From: Asterionella formosa
Lineage: Eukaryota
NCBI GenBank assembly: GCA_002256025.1
Contig: NKIB01014792.1
Span: forward strand, 1 to 40,568
Direction: 5' to 3'
Length of the DNA: 40,568 nt
A program made the position numbers and the translations under genes. Below the pieces are notes generated by a model. The model was given only the letters and a program-made list of their open reading frames with translations. It searched no databases and was not told the origin of the DNA. Position 1 is the first letter of the stretch, and every line of letters begins with the position of its first letter. This document shows positions 11,707-23,800 of this stretch, one piece after another.

Positions 11707-12634
11707 GATGGAAATTGATGGCAAGTACAAAAAGGGGGATTGGTATCTAATAGAAAGTCGAAGGAGAGCGTGAGTGTGTGGGGAAAGCATAAGGATATGC
11801 AGAGATCCAGAGGGTGATGAATAGTCAACAGGGAAACGAGAGACGACCAACAGAAGCAAAGAAAGGTAACAATTGAGAGCTATCGATCGCACCAAGTTAA
11901 TCCGGAAAAAAGCTGATTGCAACTCCGCACACGCATGTCGCGACACAATCCGCTCCATCAATCACCTTCGCCTTTGTTGGCAATGCACTGAAGTCTTGCC
12001 CCGACATGGCCAAACCTGACTGGTTATGAGTTGCCACATCAAACTCAACTCGACGGCCCATGGCGCCTTTCTTCCCAGATATTTCTCTTCACTCATGGCT
12101 ATCATTGATGAAACACATTCTAAGATTTATCATGAAAATAAAGAAGAAAACAATCGCTTGACAAGTATCTTCCAAACAACGTGATTAACCGCCATCGTCA
12201 TCGTTACACACCTTGCTTTGACCTTGAACTTGTTGTTGCTCGCATGTGTGGCAATCCTCACTAATTTTCAGTAAGCGGTAAATGACTAGTTCGACCAATT
12301 CTATGTCAAAACCAGTGTACCAGGTACCAGGTACTGTACATACACGTACATAAGCCAAGCTGGCTGGTTTGTCTGTCCTTGGCGGCTGCCCTTCCTCGCA
12401 GTGGCTGTGGTTCGTCTGTCTGTGCACAGCTACCTGTCTCGTCTTGCCTGCCTGCCTTGCTGCCGCGCCGTTTCCGGCATACAATATCCCCATCCCCAAT
12501 GATGCTCCAAACATTCCGGCTTCCTTCCTCCTCGTCGACATCGGCGCCCCATTGTATTAAGTGTGACGATGATCATTGAATGACAACCGCAGCTGTCACT
12601 TCCTATCTTCAGCCTCAGTATTGTTCACTCCGCC

Positions 12635-13552
12635 ATGATGATCTGTCGCCTTTCCAAACCATGCCGGTCACTGCGGCAAGCAAGCATCGCTCGATTTGTA
12701 AACACAGACACAAAACCCTATCTATCTGACAGCAACACCACTCACTTCGGATTTAGCGACGTACCTATTGAGCAAAAGGAATCCAAAGTCCGACATGTCT
12801 TTGAAAGCGTTGCAGACTCGTACGATGTAATGAATGATTTCATGTCAGCTGGACTACACCGTTTGTGGAAAGATTATTTCGTGTCCTTGTTACAAATGGA
12901 TAAGATGGCACATCAGGCAAGGCAGATGGGGACACCACTTTCTATACTGGATGTTGCAGGAGGAACTGGGGATATTTCATTTAGATTCTTACAGCAAGCC
13001 GGATGCATCGAACGGGCAAAAAGCAGTGGCAGCGATCAAGTGCAAATAACAGTCTGTGACATCAATGCTGAAATGCTACGAGTGGGACTATCGAGAGCAA
13101 AAGAAAGATTCGGAATGGCCGTCACTGAGTCAAGTCAAGCGCTCAAGTTTGTTGAAGGAAATGCACAAGATTTGAAGTTCCCAGATAACAGTTTTGACGT
13201 ATATACAATTGCCTTCGGGTTGCGCAATGTGACAGATGTGGACCTGGCATTACGAGAAGCACATCGTGTCTTGAAACCAGGAGGACGGTATTTGTGCTTG
13301 GAGTTTTCAAAACTGCCTTCACCAATATTTCAACGAGTCTATGATATGTATTCCTTCAATATAATTCCTGTCTTGGGGGAGTTAGTGGCCAATGATCGAG
13401 CATCCTATCAATATTTGGTTGAAAGTATTAGGAAATTTTCAGATCAGGAGGAACTGAAACAACGAATGGAACTAGCTGGTATGGAACAAGTCTCATATGA
13501 AAATTTATCTGGTGGAATTGTTGCCATTCATCAAGGTTGGAAGGCACTTTAA
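12635..13552 (+). CDS. COQ5: Mitochondrial ubiquinone biosynthesis C-methyltransferase (COQ5/UbiE)
   Basis: THFGF, VFESVADSYDVMNDFMSAGLHRLWKD, LDVAGGTGDI, YTIAFGLRNVT, RVLKPGG, YQYLVESIRKF. Arg-rich N-terminal presequence. Confidence 0.95.
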   Translation: MMICRLSKPCRSLRQASIARFVNTDTKPYLSDSNTTHFGFSDVPIEQKESKVRHVFESVADSYDVMNDFMSAGLHRLWKDYFVSLLQMDKMAHQARQMGTPLSILDVAGGTGDISFRFLQQAGCIERAKSSGSDQVQITVCDINAEMLRVGLSRAKERFGMAVTESSQALKFVEGNAQDLKFPDNSFDVYTIAFGLRNVTDVDLALREAHRVLKPGGRYLCLEFSKLPSPIFQRVYDMYSFNIIPVLGELVANDRASYQYLVESIRKFSDQEELKQRMELAGMEQVSYENLSGGIVAIHQGWKAL

Positions 13553-14441
13553 TTGATGTCAGGTAGGATCAAGAACCTATTCTGTTTTTTTTTGATTGTC
13601 CACCATAGCCATGGTGCCAGATACTGTACACTGGAGACCTGTCGCCCTGTTTCTCTCAGCACACCTTGGATCACTACGGAATGATTTATCAAAGTATTTT
13701 TACTTTCCTAGATCCAAATTCAGAATCCCACATCATTTTTGTTCTTTTATAAAGCAAGCTCTCTGATTCTTGAAATTGAGCCAAGTGCTCCAACATCTGG
13801 AATCTGATAAATTTTGTTTAAATAGCAAATTAATTTACATTTTACAATTTAAAAAATGCAGACTGCATATTTTTGTAGCATTTTTCAGTAATTCTGAGCA
13901 TCGTCAAAAATCTTAAGAGAGGAATCTTCTTGTCAAAACAAATACTGGTTTGTGCTTAGATTTGAACAGGTAGTTCCTACACAAACTATACTAAATGTAA
14001 TGAAAGAATCTTAATTTTCCATTGATAATTTTTTTGCAAATACTGGAATTGCTACATATTGGCTTGATACAATTTAATATACATATTACTATACATTCCC
14101 CAACGGACAGTTAGGGGACGTGGTAGACTAGAATAGTTTTTCTATGAAGATGCATTTATTCTTGTACTCACATGAAGATTTTGAGCTCTTGATGAGAAGG
14201 AGTTGCATAGCTGTCAACTGGCAGTCAGATGCATGCAGAATGCTTCTTTGAGAGCCCCTCAATGGTGTTGCCTTCCGCGTTACTCATATGGTGTACCACC
14301 AGGTACTAGCTAGGAGTACAAAGGGTACCCTGATACTATCAGTACTGACAAGTACAAACTTTGCTCATTGCCTAGTGTATGCTCAAATATATGTTATATT
14401 TAGTACTTTATACCAGTATACACCATCCCGGGCAGTGGCTT

Positions 14442-14638
14442 TGTAGTAGTCTAGGGCATTCTTAGCTCTAGCACTCTAGTTATCATTTACCTGGAGGTAG
14501 CCATGTAGCTCAATATAGGAAGCAGAGTGTCTCCCCCTCTGCCCCCGCCTAGAGCCTATAAAATACTGTTGTAAGTGAAATAAATATGTAGTAGTCACAT
14601 GCTGGAGTGAACCCTTCAGATCCAGGGCACTTACAACA
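14442..14638 (+). mobile_element. Possible solo LTR or hairpin-forming repeat end
   Basis: TGTAG start, TATAAAA (14557), AATAAA (~14579), ends TTACAACA. Perfect 11-bp inverted repeat at 14567-14577/14628-14638. No target-site duplication seen. Confidence 0.3.
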
Positions 14639-15786
14639 TGATGTATCACTACTGCCAGACTGAAAAATGTATGTTAATCCTCTTTTTCTTCTCAATTTTG
14701 TCTGCCCCAAGAAATCGGGGATACATTGCTGGTGCAGCAGATTTATATCTTGCTCAATAATTTGGTAAGTATTTTTAGGATGTTTTTCCTATATCCCAAA
14801 CCATCTGCCTCACAAAATGCTTACCACCATTAAGCTACTTTTGCAGAAGTTGAAAATAACCCAAAATGAGCAATCAAATTGCACATGTCATGGAGCAAAA
14901 TTATAAGACAGGAAGACGATATGTAAATTAGCTCAAACCATATGAGAGCACAACATTGATGGTCCAGTCAGGTAACAAAAATGACTTTCAATTTTGCCAG
15001 CTAGAGAAACTTCCAAAGCGTGTTTTTCTTCAGTGCTACAATCCAAGGAGAGAATGTTCTAATCTAATTGAGCTAGATCCTGAGGACACCGGCTTTCCTC
15101 GTCCAGAACTCATTCCAATTGGGTCGAACTTTTGTTGAGTGATGTTCACTAATCCATTTACCAGAAACCTACTAGTTTGTGCTGCAAAGAATGTTTTAGA
15201 GTTTTCGCTCAATTTTTTTCTTTCCACATAACACTCCAAAAATTAGTAATTGTAAGTGTCACAATTCCTGATCAGTATGTTCAGGAGATTGATTGTATGA
15301 CCATTCCCCAAAATGTAGAAACATCCACACATGGCACTTCTTCAAATTGTAATGGCAACTAACATCACACTTTGGCATCTTGGAATGTACCAAGCAGCAG
15401 TATGTGAACTCAGCAATTTCTTGAAGTTTTTCAAAGGAATTTCTTCAATCAACAAACTAGCAGATCCAGTGGAGGGCTTATGCGTCAACTGTTACCTCTC
15501 ATTTCAAGTGGACAAAGCGATATACCATAGTCAAGACATATTTTTCGTGTCCTGCTAGGTCAGTAGCTTGATGTTTGTTCGAAGTAGGCAACATTGCAAT
15601 CTCTCCTTTGCCTTGCAAGTCAGCATCAGACAAGCGCAATGCTTGTGTATTGATGTCAATATCATTGATTCACAGGATGCAACTTGTGCAGCAAGTACCT
15701 GGTAACTACCAGGTACCGTACCTAAATGGTGACTCATGTCATTGGGAAATGTTCGATCACTGTACATACAGTGTGCAATATTGCAT

Positions 15787-15819
15787 GCCAGATAGCCAGA
15801 TAGCCAGATAGCCAGATAG
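15787..15819. repeat. (GCCAGATA)4 tandem repeat
   Basis: Four perfect 8-bp units. Confidence 0.95.
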
Positions 15820-16615
15820 TAGTATATACCCATGGTATGTTCTGGATTGTTTATCAGGTACCCCCATACCTGGTTCCGGTATTGCATGGGTCCGAGTACC
15901 GGTATGTATGCCCTTCAATCCTGTACACTGCACGAACGAACAGCCCAGTTGTCCCGCTGGCGCGAATTCAAGAGTGGTTGCTTTATAATTCAAATTCTTC
16001 ACACCTTCGTATATTTACTATGTATAGTACTACAGTAGGTATCGGTAGACTTGAGATTTGAATTGACGTTCATTGTTACGCGGTAGTACCAGTTACGTTT
16101 GAATGAAGGTTCCAACAACCAATATACCGTTATACGAGTCGTGGAATCATGGCTCAGCCAATTTTACCTCCCGCCCCCATCCATATGAGTTCCCTGCGAT
16201 CACGAAGCAAACTACTGTACGAACGGTACTTATACCGGTATGTAACTACCAGGGTACCAGGTACCAGGTACAAGGTATTGGTGCCACTAGGAAATGTGAG
16301 AGAGACGATCTCGGCTCCGAGATTATTACCCGTAAGTAACACAGCTGCGCCAGATAGCATACCGTTGCGGAGTACCAGGTTCCTTGTAGTCTACCATTAT
16401 TATCCTGGGTTGGTGTAAATTCGCAAGCCCATCATGCATCCGTGATCACCGTCCCGAGATGAATCATAAATAATCATACATACATTCGTGCCGTATGTAG
16501 TATAATTTCATTACTTGTCGTGTATATTTTAAAAGACTGATCCTCCTGCAGGTCTACATTCGTCCTGATTAAACAATCATCGTTCTCATCTTCTTCACAT
16601 TTGACTTCTATTGCA

Positions 16616-17331
16616 ATGACTGGATCATTCATTAACCTCGCGCTCATAGCAGTGATTGTATCAATTGCGTCATTCAGCGTCGTAGAAGCAAGAAAAACGT
16701 CGGCGCGACAACTTCGGTCCGAAAGCAATGTTAATAGTCCACGACATGACGAGGGGAGGAGATCGCAATCGATGCAAGTAAGTCAAAAATTGTCTCATAA
16801 CTGGGTATTCATTGATGGCACTTTCTTGCTTGCTTCTACGTCCTTCACATGAAATTGAGAGAAATGATTCTTACACGCCGTCTCGCAATTCCATTCCCGT
16901 GCCTTCCCTTCATTTGCAATTGATTCAATCAGTATCTTAAAACTGCCTCAACGCAAATCCGCGGCGTTAGCGTTGATCGTGAATTGAAAATGAATAACTC
17001 TGGAAAGAAGAGTAAGAAGAAGCGACACAGGCAAGGAAGCAAGAAAGGTAGTGATGATAGCGGAGACAAGAAAAGTGACGACGTTTCCCCCATGTTTGAT
17101 CTCAGCGATTGTGCGTCCTACAGTGATGCATGGCTCTTCGAATTGGCGGCAACATGTTCAGATATTGATACTCTGGCTGGATGCGAGTGTCCCACCGCTT
17201 TTGCACTATTGGAGACTGGAAGTGTGCATTGCGCAGGGAATTTGACTTCCCCATACGCATGTCCATCAGATTGCAAAGTCTGTCAAGTTTGTTTGGTGGC
17301 TAGTGGATGCGCTACTATCTATGCGGCCTAA
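16616..17331 (+). CDS. Small secreted protein (~186 aa) with RXL motifs, a Lys/Ser/Gly-rich tract and a Cys-rich C-terminus; exon 1 16616-16777, intron 16778-16932, exon 2 16933-17331
   Basis: Signal peptide ending VEA. GTAAGT...CAG intron joins two track ORFs in frame. RQL and REL motifs, SGKKSKKK/GSKKGS, CPSDCKVCQVC. Confidence 0.8.
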
Positions 17332-19012
17332 AATAGGGTAATCTGCGCGACGTCTTGAATGATCCAATGAATGTGGTCAGAGGGCTAAAGTGATTTTGAT
17401 CTAAAATATGTGTTTTCCACCTGTCCTTTTGTACCAAGAAGTCGTAGTAGTAGCAGCACCAGCAGCGTGGTAGTCAAGACCCGTTTTATCGTGATAATCT
17501 AAGGTAACTGTTTTGTGTCAAGATATACTCAATTACTTGCATACAAGGAGGAATTATGTTCAAGGAGATCGATCACACTGAAACAACAGTAGAGCTGTCA
17601 ATCGACCTCTACATGCATCCATTACAATGCAGACATTGCCACTGGACTACATTGCACTCTTCATTAAGGAGAAAACAACCTAAATCTGTTAGCGTTCAAG
17701 CGGAATTGAGTAATGATTGTCAGAAGCATAACCTGATTTGGATTTCGTTGGGTGCTTTTCAGGTTCTCTGCATTCACAACCATGTGCACAATAGCACCAT
17801 ACTTTAAACCCAAAAACCTGCACCAAACGAAGACTTTCAATCTTGGGGCGAACAAAAGTATTCAAGTCCTCGAAGTATTTGTAGCTACCAGTAGTGAAAA
17901 TTCGAATGACTTGTTTCTGTCAATTCTCAAGTGGTGTTGCAAGTATGATACAGACTACCTACCATGCAAGTTCCAGATCAGGGTTGGTACTTTGAATTGA
18001 TCTGAGAGAGTTTGACTGCACAAAGGGATTGGCTTCTAGTAATCAAGCTTTCTTTGCTAACTATCATGTAATACTTGATCGCCAGATTGATAGCTACTCT
18101 TCCCTTATTAGGAGGGGGTGTAAACTCCATTTAACACTACTTACCTGGTACCAGGTATTGGATTGACCAAACTCTACCTTCAGTCGGTCTACTGGTAGTA
18201 CCTGGTACTGGTCCCGGTGTGAAGAGGCATATGAGCGAGGTAACCTATCTAAATCATGATTGAATGTTGTTTGTTTCTGGCCCCTTTTGTTTCCTAATCA
18301 TCCACAAGCAACCAGGATGACCCACTGACAACATCGCAACAGCCAGCTTTCATGAAGCATACCGGTACTTACTAATCAAGTACCTGGTACCTGGTACTCC
18401 AAGTTCAGTGTACCTGGTAACCGGTCCTTGGAATTGAAACAGATAAGTCAAATGAATTTTGTTTGTATCTCCAGAATCAGCCCAGTCATGATCCCTTGAG
18501 TCTTGTCAAGAATATGAATCAATCTTTACTCATACATGAATCAATCTTTGAGTATGCCCGTGAACGCTGAGTATATATATATTGATATATATGTATTCTA
18601 TTTTTCAACAAAACAACTCTTTCTTTCAAGTCTTGATGATTTAAATCATGGCTGCATTTTATTTCTTGTTCCTCTTCTTCATGCATACCTGTAAATGATA
18701 GTTGGCATCGCCCCTCTTTGATGATGACACCTGGTATCACTCGTTTTGGAGTTTAGCTATGAGCAAAAGTACCGGTAGGCTAAAACAATCATCTTATATG
18801 TGTATATACAGCATATACATTATACTCTTAACAGGTGAATGGCAGAAATATAGCTGGTTGCAACCTGACAATCAATATAGTAGGCCTTAGTATAGTTTTC
18901 TTTTTGCATTTAATAATCAAGGGGGAAATTTGTAATGTGCACACAAAATTGACTCCATAGTTGTTCTATAACCTATATAAATATATATATTATATATTCA
19001 TTTGTTCCCTTC

Positions 19013-19172
19013 CAGGGAATAGCTTATTTGGTTTGCTCACCTTCTGAAGTGGCGGGTTCGATTCCCACATTCTCCACCTGCTTTGTAGTCCTTTGGTTCC
19101 AGTTGGTGAGGCAGACAACAAGAAGCAGGTATAAGGCCCTCTGGGGGGCCAAGTGCGACTTCACAACCTCCA
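19013..19172 (+). mobile_element. tRNA-derived SINE-like element or tRNA pseudogene with a structured 3' body
   Basis: A-box-like TAGCTTATTTGG (19020-19031), B box GGTTCGATTCC (19055-19065) in a T-arm stem, shortened anticodon region, then two hairpins. Confidence 0.6.
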
Positions 19173-19321
19173 CAATTGTTTAGTTATTAACAATAGCATA
19201 CTATAAAATTTACTTAATAGTGATTTCCTCCAAAAAGGTATGCAACATTGATTTGTTGTTGTCATTCATGTTATTTGATTTTGTTGCTTGCTTCTTTTTT
19301 GCTTCGTTGGTTTGCCGTTTG

Positions 19322-19700
19322 CTATGTTAGATTGTAGACATATGTTGCCTTGCAGAAAGTTGTGTCGAAATTGAGGATGCAGTGGTATGTTTTGAATTGT
19401 TTGACAAGCTTCTCAATGAGGTCCGCTTCATGTCTCGTGTCAACTTCGGCGTCCATCCTGTCATCTTTTTGTTCATCAAGTCCAAGATCTTTCCAAATTT
19501 TGAAGTATGCACATATATATTGTTTTGCTTGCCTTGAAAAATGCCATTCCTTGTTGTTGTTAACGCTTTGTCCCTTGACATGCTCACTCTCATACCACAG
19601 ACCTGAAGTTCTCTTTCCCCTTTTTCTTTCTCAGGGCAGCCTGAGGACCATGGTAAAAATTCTTGGTGCAACCCCAAGCATATGGCTGGATGCAATTTTT
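19322..19700 (-). pseudogene. C-terminal fragment of an IS630/Tc1/mariner-like (DDE_3-type) transposase
   Basis: Across frames: YAWGCTKNFY, KKGKENFRSVV, SRDKALTTTR, FSRQAKQYICAY, IEKLVKQFKTYHCILNFD. This matches my recollection of the region after the catalytic 'IEYxWG' motif in diatom members; not confirmed by a search. Confidence 0.6.
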
Positions 19701-20432
19701 GGGGCCACCGGGTAGACCCTGTAGGCCTAGTATTAGCATAAACCCTAAACCTAGTATGGTTTATAATATTTGCGCCTGGATTGGCATGATGATGTTATAA
19801 TCACATCCACCATGTTGTTATTATTCTGTTGCTTTACTCAACAGTAGAACATCCTCCCATGCCGCTTCAAATAGCCTTCTTTCCGCCATGAGTAGCGCTA
19901 CTAGTAAACACAGGAAGCAGCATGGGATGACACAATTTGGCTTATATATGAACTACTTTGTGTTGGGCATGGAGATTCACGCCTACATGACCAATGGTTT
20001 CACAAGCTTGATAGTGGGCAAGCTGGAGTTGAAACTGTACAGGAATGTCTAAATAAGTTCATATAGTAGTTGCAATTAAGATACAACAACGATTTCACAC
20101 CCATCGCTGTGCAATGGACTTCGATTTCATGTCCATCATGAATAAACAATGCAACAATGACAACTACAAGATTGCGGATGCATGTGTACATAAAATTTAT
20201 TCATTTGAATGTTATTTGTATAGAACATTTTGCTTAGAATTATTTTGTATTGGTAGCTACAATGGCTACCCAGTGTAGTTTCATGAGTGATGCATCCAGC
20301 CATTTTCTTAGCTACTCAATGATATTCCTCACACCTATCGAGATAAGGTTAATATATTGTACCAGTTCTACGTAGGAAACGAAAGAATCATAATTTTGAT
20401 GCAAGAATCAGCCGTATAAGAAAGCTCTACAC

Positions 20433-20467
20433 ACCAGGTACCTGGTACCTGGTACCTGGTACCGGTA
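20433..20467. repeat. (GGTACCW)n heptamer tract, the longest of many dispersed copies
   Basis: accaggtacctggtacctggtacctggtaccggta. Confidence 0.9.
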
Positions 20468-20893
20468 GTGCAGCAAAGATCGTGATCTTTACATCAACGT
20501 ACCACAGCATTATGTGGCCATGTTCAAAATCGGAGCGAGATTTGAGTGATGATGTGATGGCGGGGACGAACGAGGAGCAGCCATGCAAAACCTTTTCCTT
20601 TGTTAATAGCTGAGATATGATATACCGGTATGCATCATCCTCCTTTTTTATACTTGATGTGTTCCCTGTATTACTTTGGCATTTCATTTAGTACTTTTAC
20701 AGCAGTTGATTGTTGCATTTCTTATTATTACTGGAATATTGTCATCCGCGGCTCTGCATGCATGCCTTCACCTGCTTCCCGGACTCTTCATCATCATCTA
20801 ATACAAGCGTTGCTCGACGATTAGCCCACTGTGATCTTGAGCACAGTACACACACAGTGATAGAGAGCTTGCTGCGACGACAAGCAACGGCAC

Positions 20894-23800
20894 ATGAAGT
20901 CTTTGATTCTGCTGCCCATTTCGGCAATATTGGGCACTTCGAAAGCCTTTTCGATAACAACATACGGTACCAACATACAGTATCCCTCAAGCTCGAACAA
21001 TGTCGTACGGCGTCCCGCGGCGAATAACGACAACAACGATGGCGATGATCTAGTTAGACGATGGATGCAGGAAACCAAAGATCAGATAGGAAGTCAAGAC
21101 AGCATCCGTCGTCGACAGCTGCTCTTCTCCCTATTTGCGGCGTCAGGTGGCACCATGATTCAACCAGGAAAGGCGGCGGCCGCAGTTAGTTCCCCGTCAG
21201 AGGCACAACGCAGCAGTCAAGTTGAGATCCAAACACCGCCGCTAGATGATCGAGACTATGAGACATTCACCTTGCCGAATGGGCTAAGAGTTTTATTTTG
21301 TTCCGATCCTTCTTCCAACGAAGCTGCAGCCGCAATGGACGTTCACGTCGGAGCATGTTCTGATCCCGATCAGGTACCAGGACTTGCCCACTTCAATGAG
21401 CACATGCTATTTCTGGGAACCAAGGAATTCCCAAAGGAGGCTTCCTTCGAGGCATTTTTGGCAGCCAATGGAGGTTCGTCCAACGCCTTCACAGACAGTG
21501 AAGACACAGTTTACTATTTTTCGATGGAGGCCGAAGCAGAAAATCGGCTTTCAGAAGCTTTATGTCGTTTTGGCTCCTTTTTTTCTTCGCCGCTTTTTAC
21601 ACAGAGCGCTACTGGTCGAGAATTGAATGCCATCGATAGTGAAAACGCTAAGAATCTGCAATCGGATATTTTTCGCATTTTCCAAATCCAGAAGTCTCGA
21701 GCCAATCCAAAGCACCCATTCAGTAAGTTCTTCACAGGCAACAAAAGAACACTGCTCGAAGACACAAAATATCAAAAGATTGACTTACGGCAACAACTGA
21801 TTTCATTTTACAATAAATATTACTCTGCGAATCAAATGACTTTGGCTATCGTCGCTCCGCAATCCTTGGAAAGCCTCAAGGCAATGGTCACAAAGACCTT
21901 CTCCGCTATTCCCAATCGCAGAGCAGCTAAACCAGAAGCAGCTTGGAATGGTATCATTGCTCCCTTTAGTAAGGATAGTGTCATTCCAAGTTACGGGCAT
22001 ATAGTCGAGGTGGTTCCTGTACAGGATTTGCGTCAGCTGGCCCTAGCCTTCCCCATCATTTACCAATCCAACCAAGACCGGCAAGATTCGCTATTATCGA
22101 AGCAAGCAGACTATGTCTCTCATTTGCTTGGTCACGAAGGCCCAGGCTCGTTACTCTCATATTTAAAGAAGCAGCAATGGGCAAACTCGCTGGGTTCTTC
22201 GACGGAGGCGGAACTATCTGACTTCGAGACGTTCTCGGTTACTATAGAGTTGACAACACAAGGTCTAGCTAATATTGACAGAGTGGCAGAGTCCGTATTT
22301 TCATACATTCAAATGTTAAAAGAGGAGCGCATCCCAGACTATGTTTTTGAAGAAGTTCTTCAATTGACTGAATTGGAATGGAGATTCTTGACCAAAGGAT
22401 CACCAGGAAATTATGTTCAGTCATTGGTATCATCGATGCAAAAATATCCTCCTGAACTTTATGTGGCTGGTCCAAGACGCTTAGCTTTAGTTGAAACACG
22501 AGAGAAGTTAATTTCTTCCAGCAATCCAAGAAGTCGGTTTAGCAACCAGGAGCAGTTTGCGTTGACGAGATCACTTACCATGGCCCTCATCGAAAAGATA
22601 ACGGTTGACAATTTGATGGTAACAGTTCTGAGCAAGACGTTTGCACCTCTAGCTGACCAGAAAGAGAAATGGTATGGCACACAGTACCGAGTGCGCTCAA
22701 TTTTTCCAGAAACCATGACTCAGTGGCGTTATCCAGTTTCCGCCAAAGATCTTGGTATCGCTTACCCAAAACCAAACGTGTTTATCCCGTCCGAATCTGG
22801 GCTCCGAGTTATCTCCCCGCCTCCCCTTGCAAACAAGCTCGAAAAAAGGTCGTTCGAGAGTCGAATGCAGCCCATTTCGCCACCGAAGGTCATTCGTGAT
22901 GATGGCGAGGAAGGTCGATGGACTGTTTTCTACAAACTAGATGATAGATTTGGTCAACCAAAAGCCTTTGTAATCTTTGAACTGCTCACAAAAGAAGTGT
23001 TTTCGAATCCCACACGAGCAGCACTTGCTCAACTTTACCAGTCGAGTGCAACAGATCGGTTAGAAGAATACGCATATGATGCACGCCTTGCCGGATTAAC
23101 TTTTGACGTACAGGTTCTCCCTCGAGGGGTGAGATTGACGTTTGGTGGGTACAATGACAAGCTCCAGGAGTTTGCTTCGTACGTGTCAATTAAACTAGCA
23201 AAAGACATAATGTCAAGTCTTCCCCAGAACGGCGTGGAATTCGATCGATACAAGGACAATCTCATGAGGGGACTGTCCGCATTCGACGTGAAACAACCCT
23301 TCGCGCACGGCTCCTACTATGCATACCTGACTTTGCAACCTCGTAAGTTCCAATATACTAATGCGGAACTTCGTGATGCTGTTCGAAAGACAACACTTCC
23401 TGACTTGGTGACATATGTCAAGACACTGTGGTCCTCCGGAAAGGGCGAAGCTTTAGTACAAGGAAACTTGAAAGAACGAGAAGCCCTGATTCTTGTCGAT
23501 ACCATCGACAAGGCTCTCAATTTCAAAACGATCAAGAAAGAGCAGCTTCCTCCACGGATCAAGCCGCTGCCGCTCCCTTCACGTTCGGCCAATGCCTCTG
23601 TAACGCGTTTGAGGATTGCTGAACCGAACACTTCGAATGAAAATAGCGCTGTCCATGTGCTCTTACAGAGCCTCGGGAGGACCGAGAAGGACCATGTGCT
23701 AATTGAAATTCTTGCTGCAATTGTCAACGAACCATTTTATGGAGATTTAAGAACAAAGCAGCAACTTGGATATATTGTTGGGTCGGGTATCAGGGCACTT

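Noticed and set aside
11707..11961. N-terminal extension of RPS11 in the ORF track
   Set aside because: Non-ATG start and pyrimidine-rich UTR/intron-like sequence. Homology begins after the ATG at 11706.
12185..12579. Small ORFs between RPS11 and COQ5, one resembling a signal peptide
   Set aside because: No ATG for the signal-like ORF and no recognisable domain. Probably promoter or UTR sequence.
14900..15560. Fragmented coding-like sequence on the minus strand
   Set aside because: No recognisable motif, so no family can be supported.
18110..18130. PPT-like GGAGGGGG followed by TGT, suggesting a 3' LTR start with retroelement sequence upstream
   Set aside because: No matching LTR, no clear LTR end, and no convincing RT/RNaseH/integrase motifs in 17470-18100.
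19013..19076. Functional tRNA gene
   Set aside because: The anticodon/variable region is too short and the acceptor stem is out of register, so it is kept only as tRNA-derived.
19740..19752. Telomere-like AAACCCTAAACC
   Set aside because: Fewer than two units, so not evidence of a telomere.
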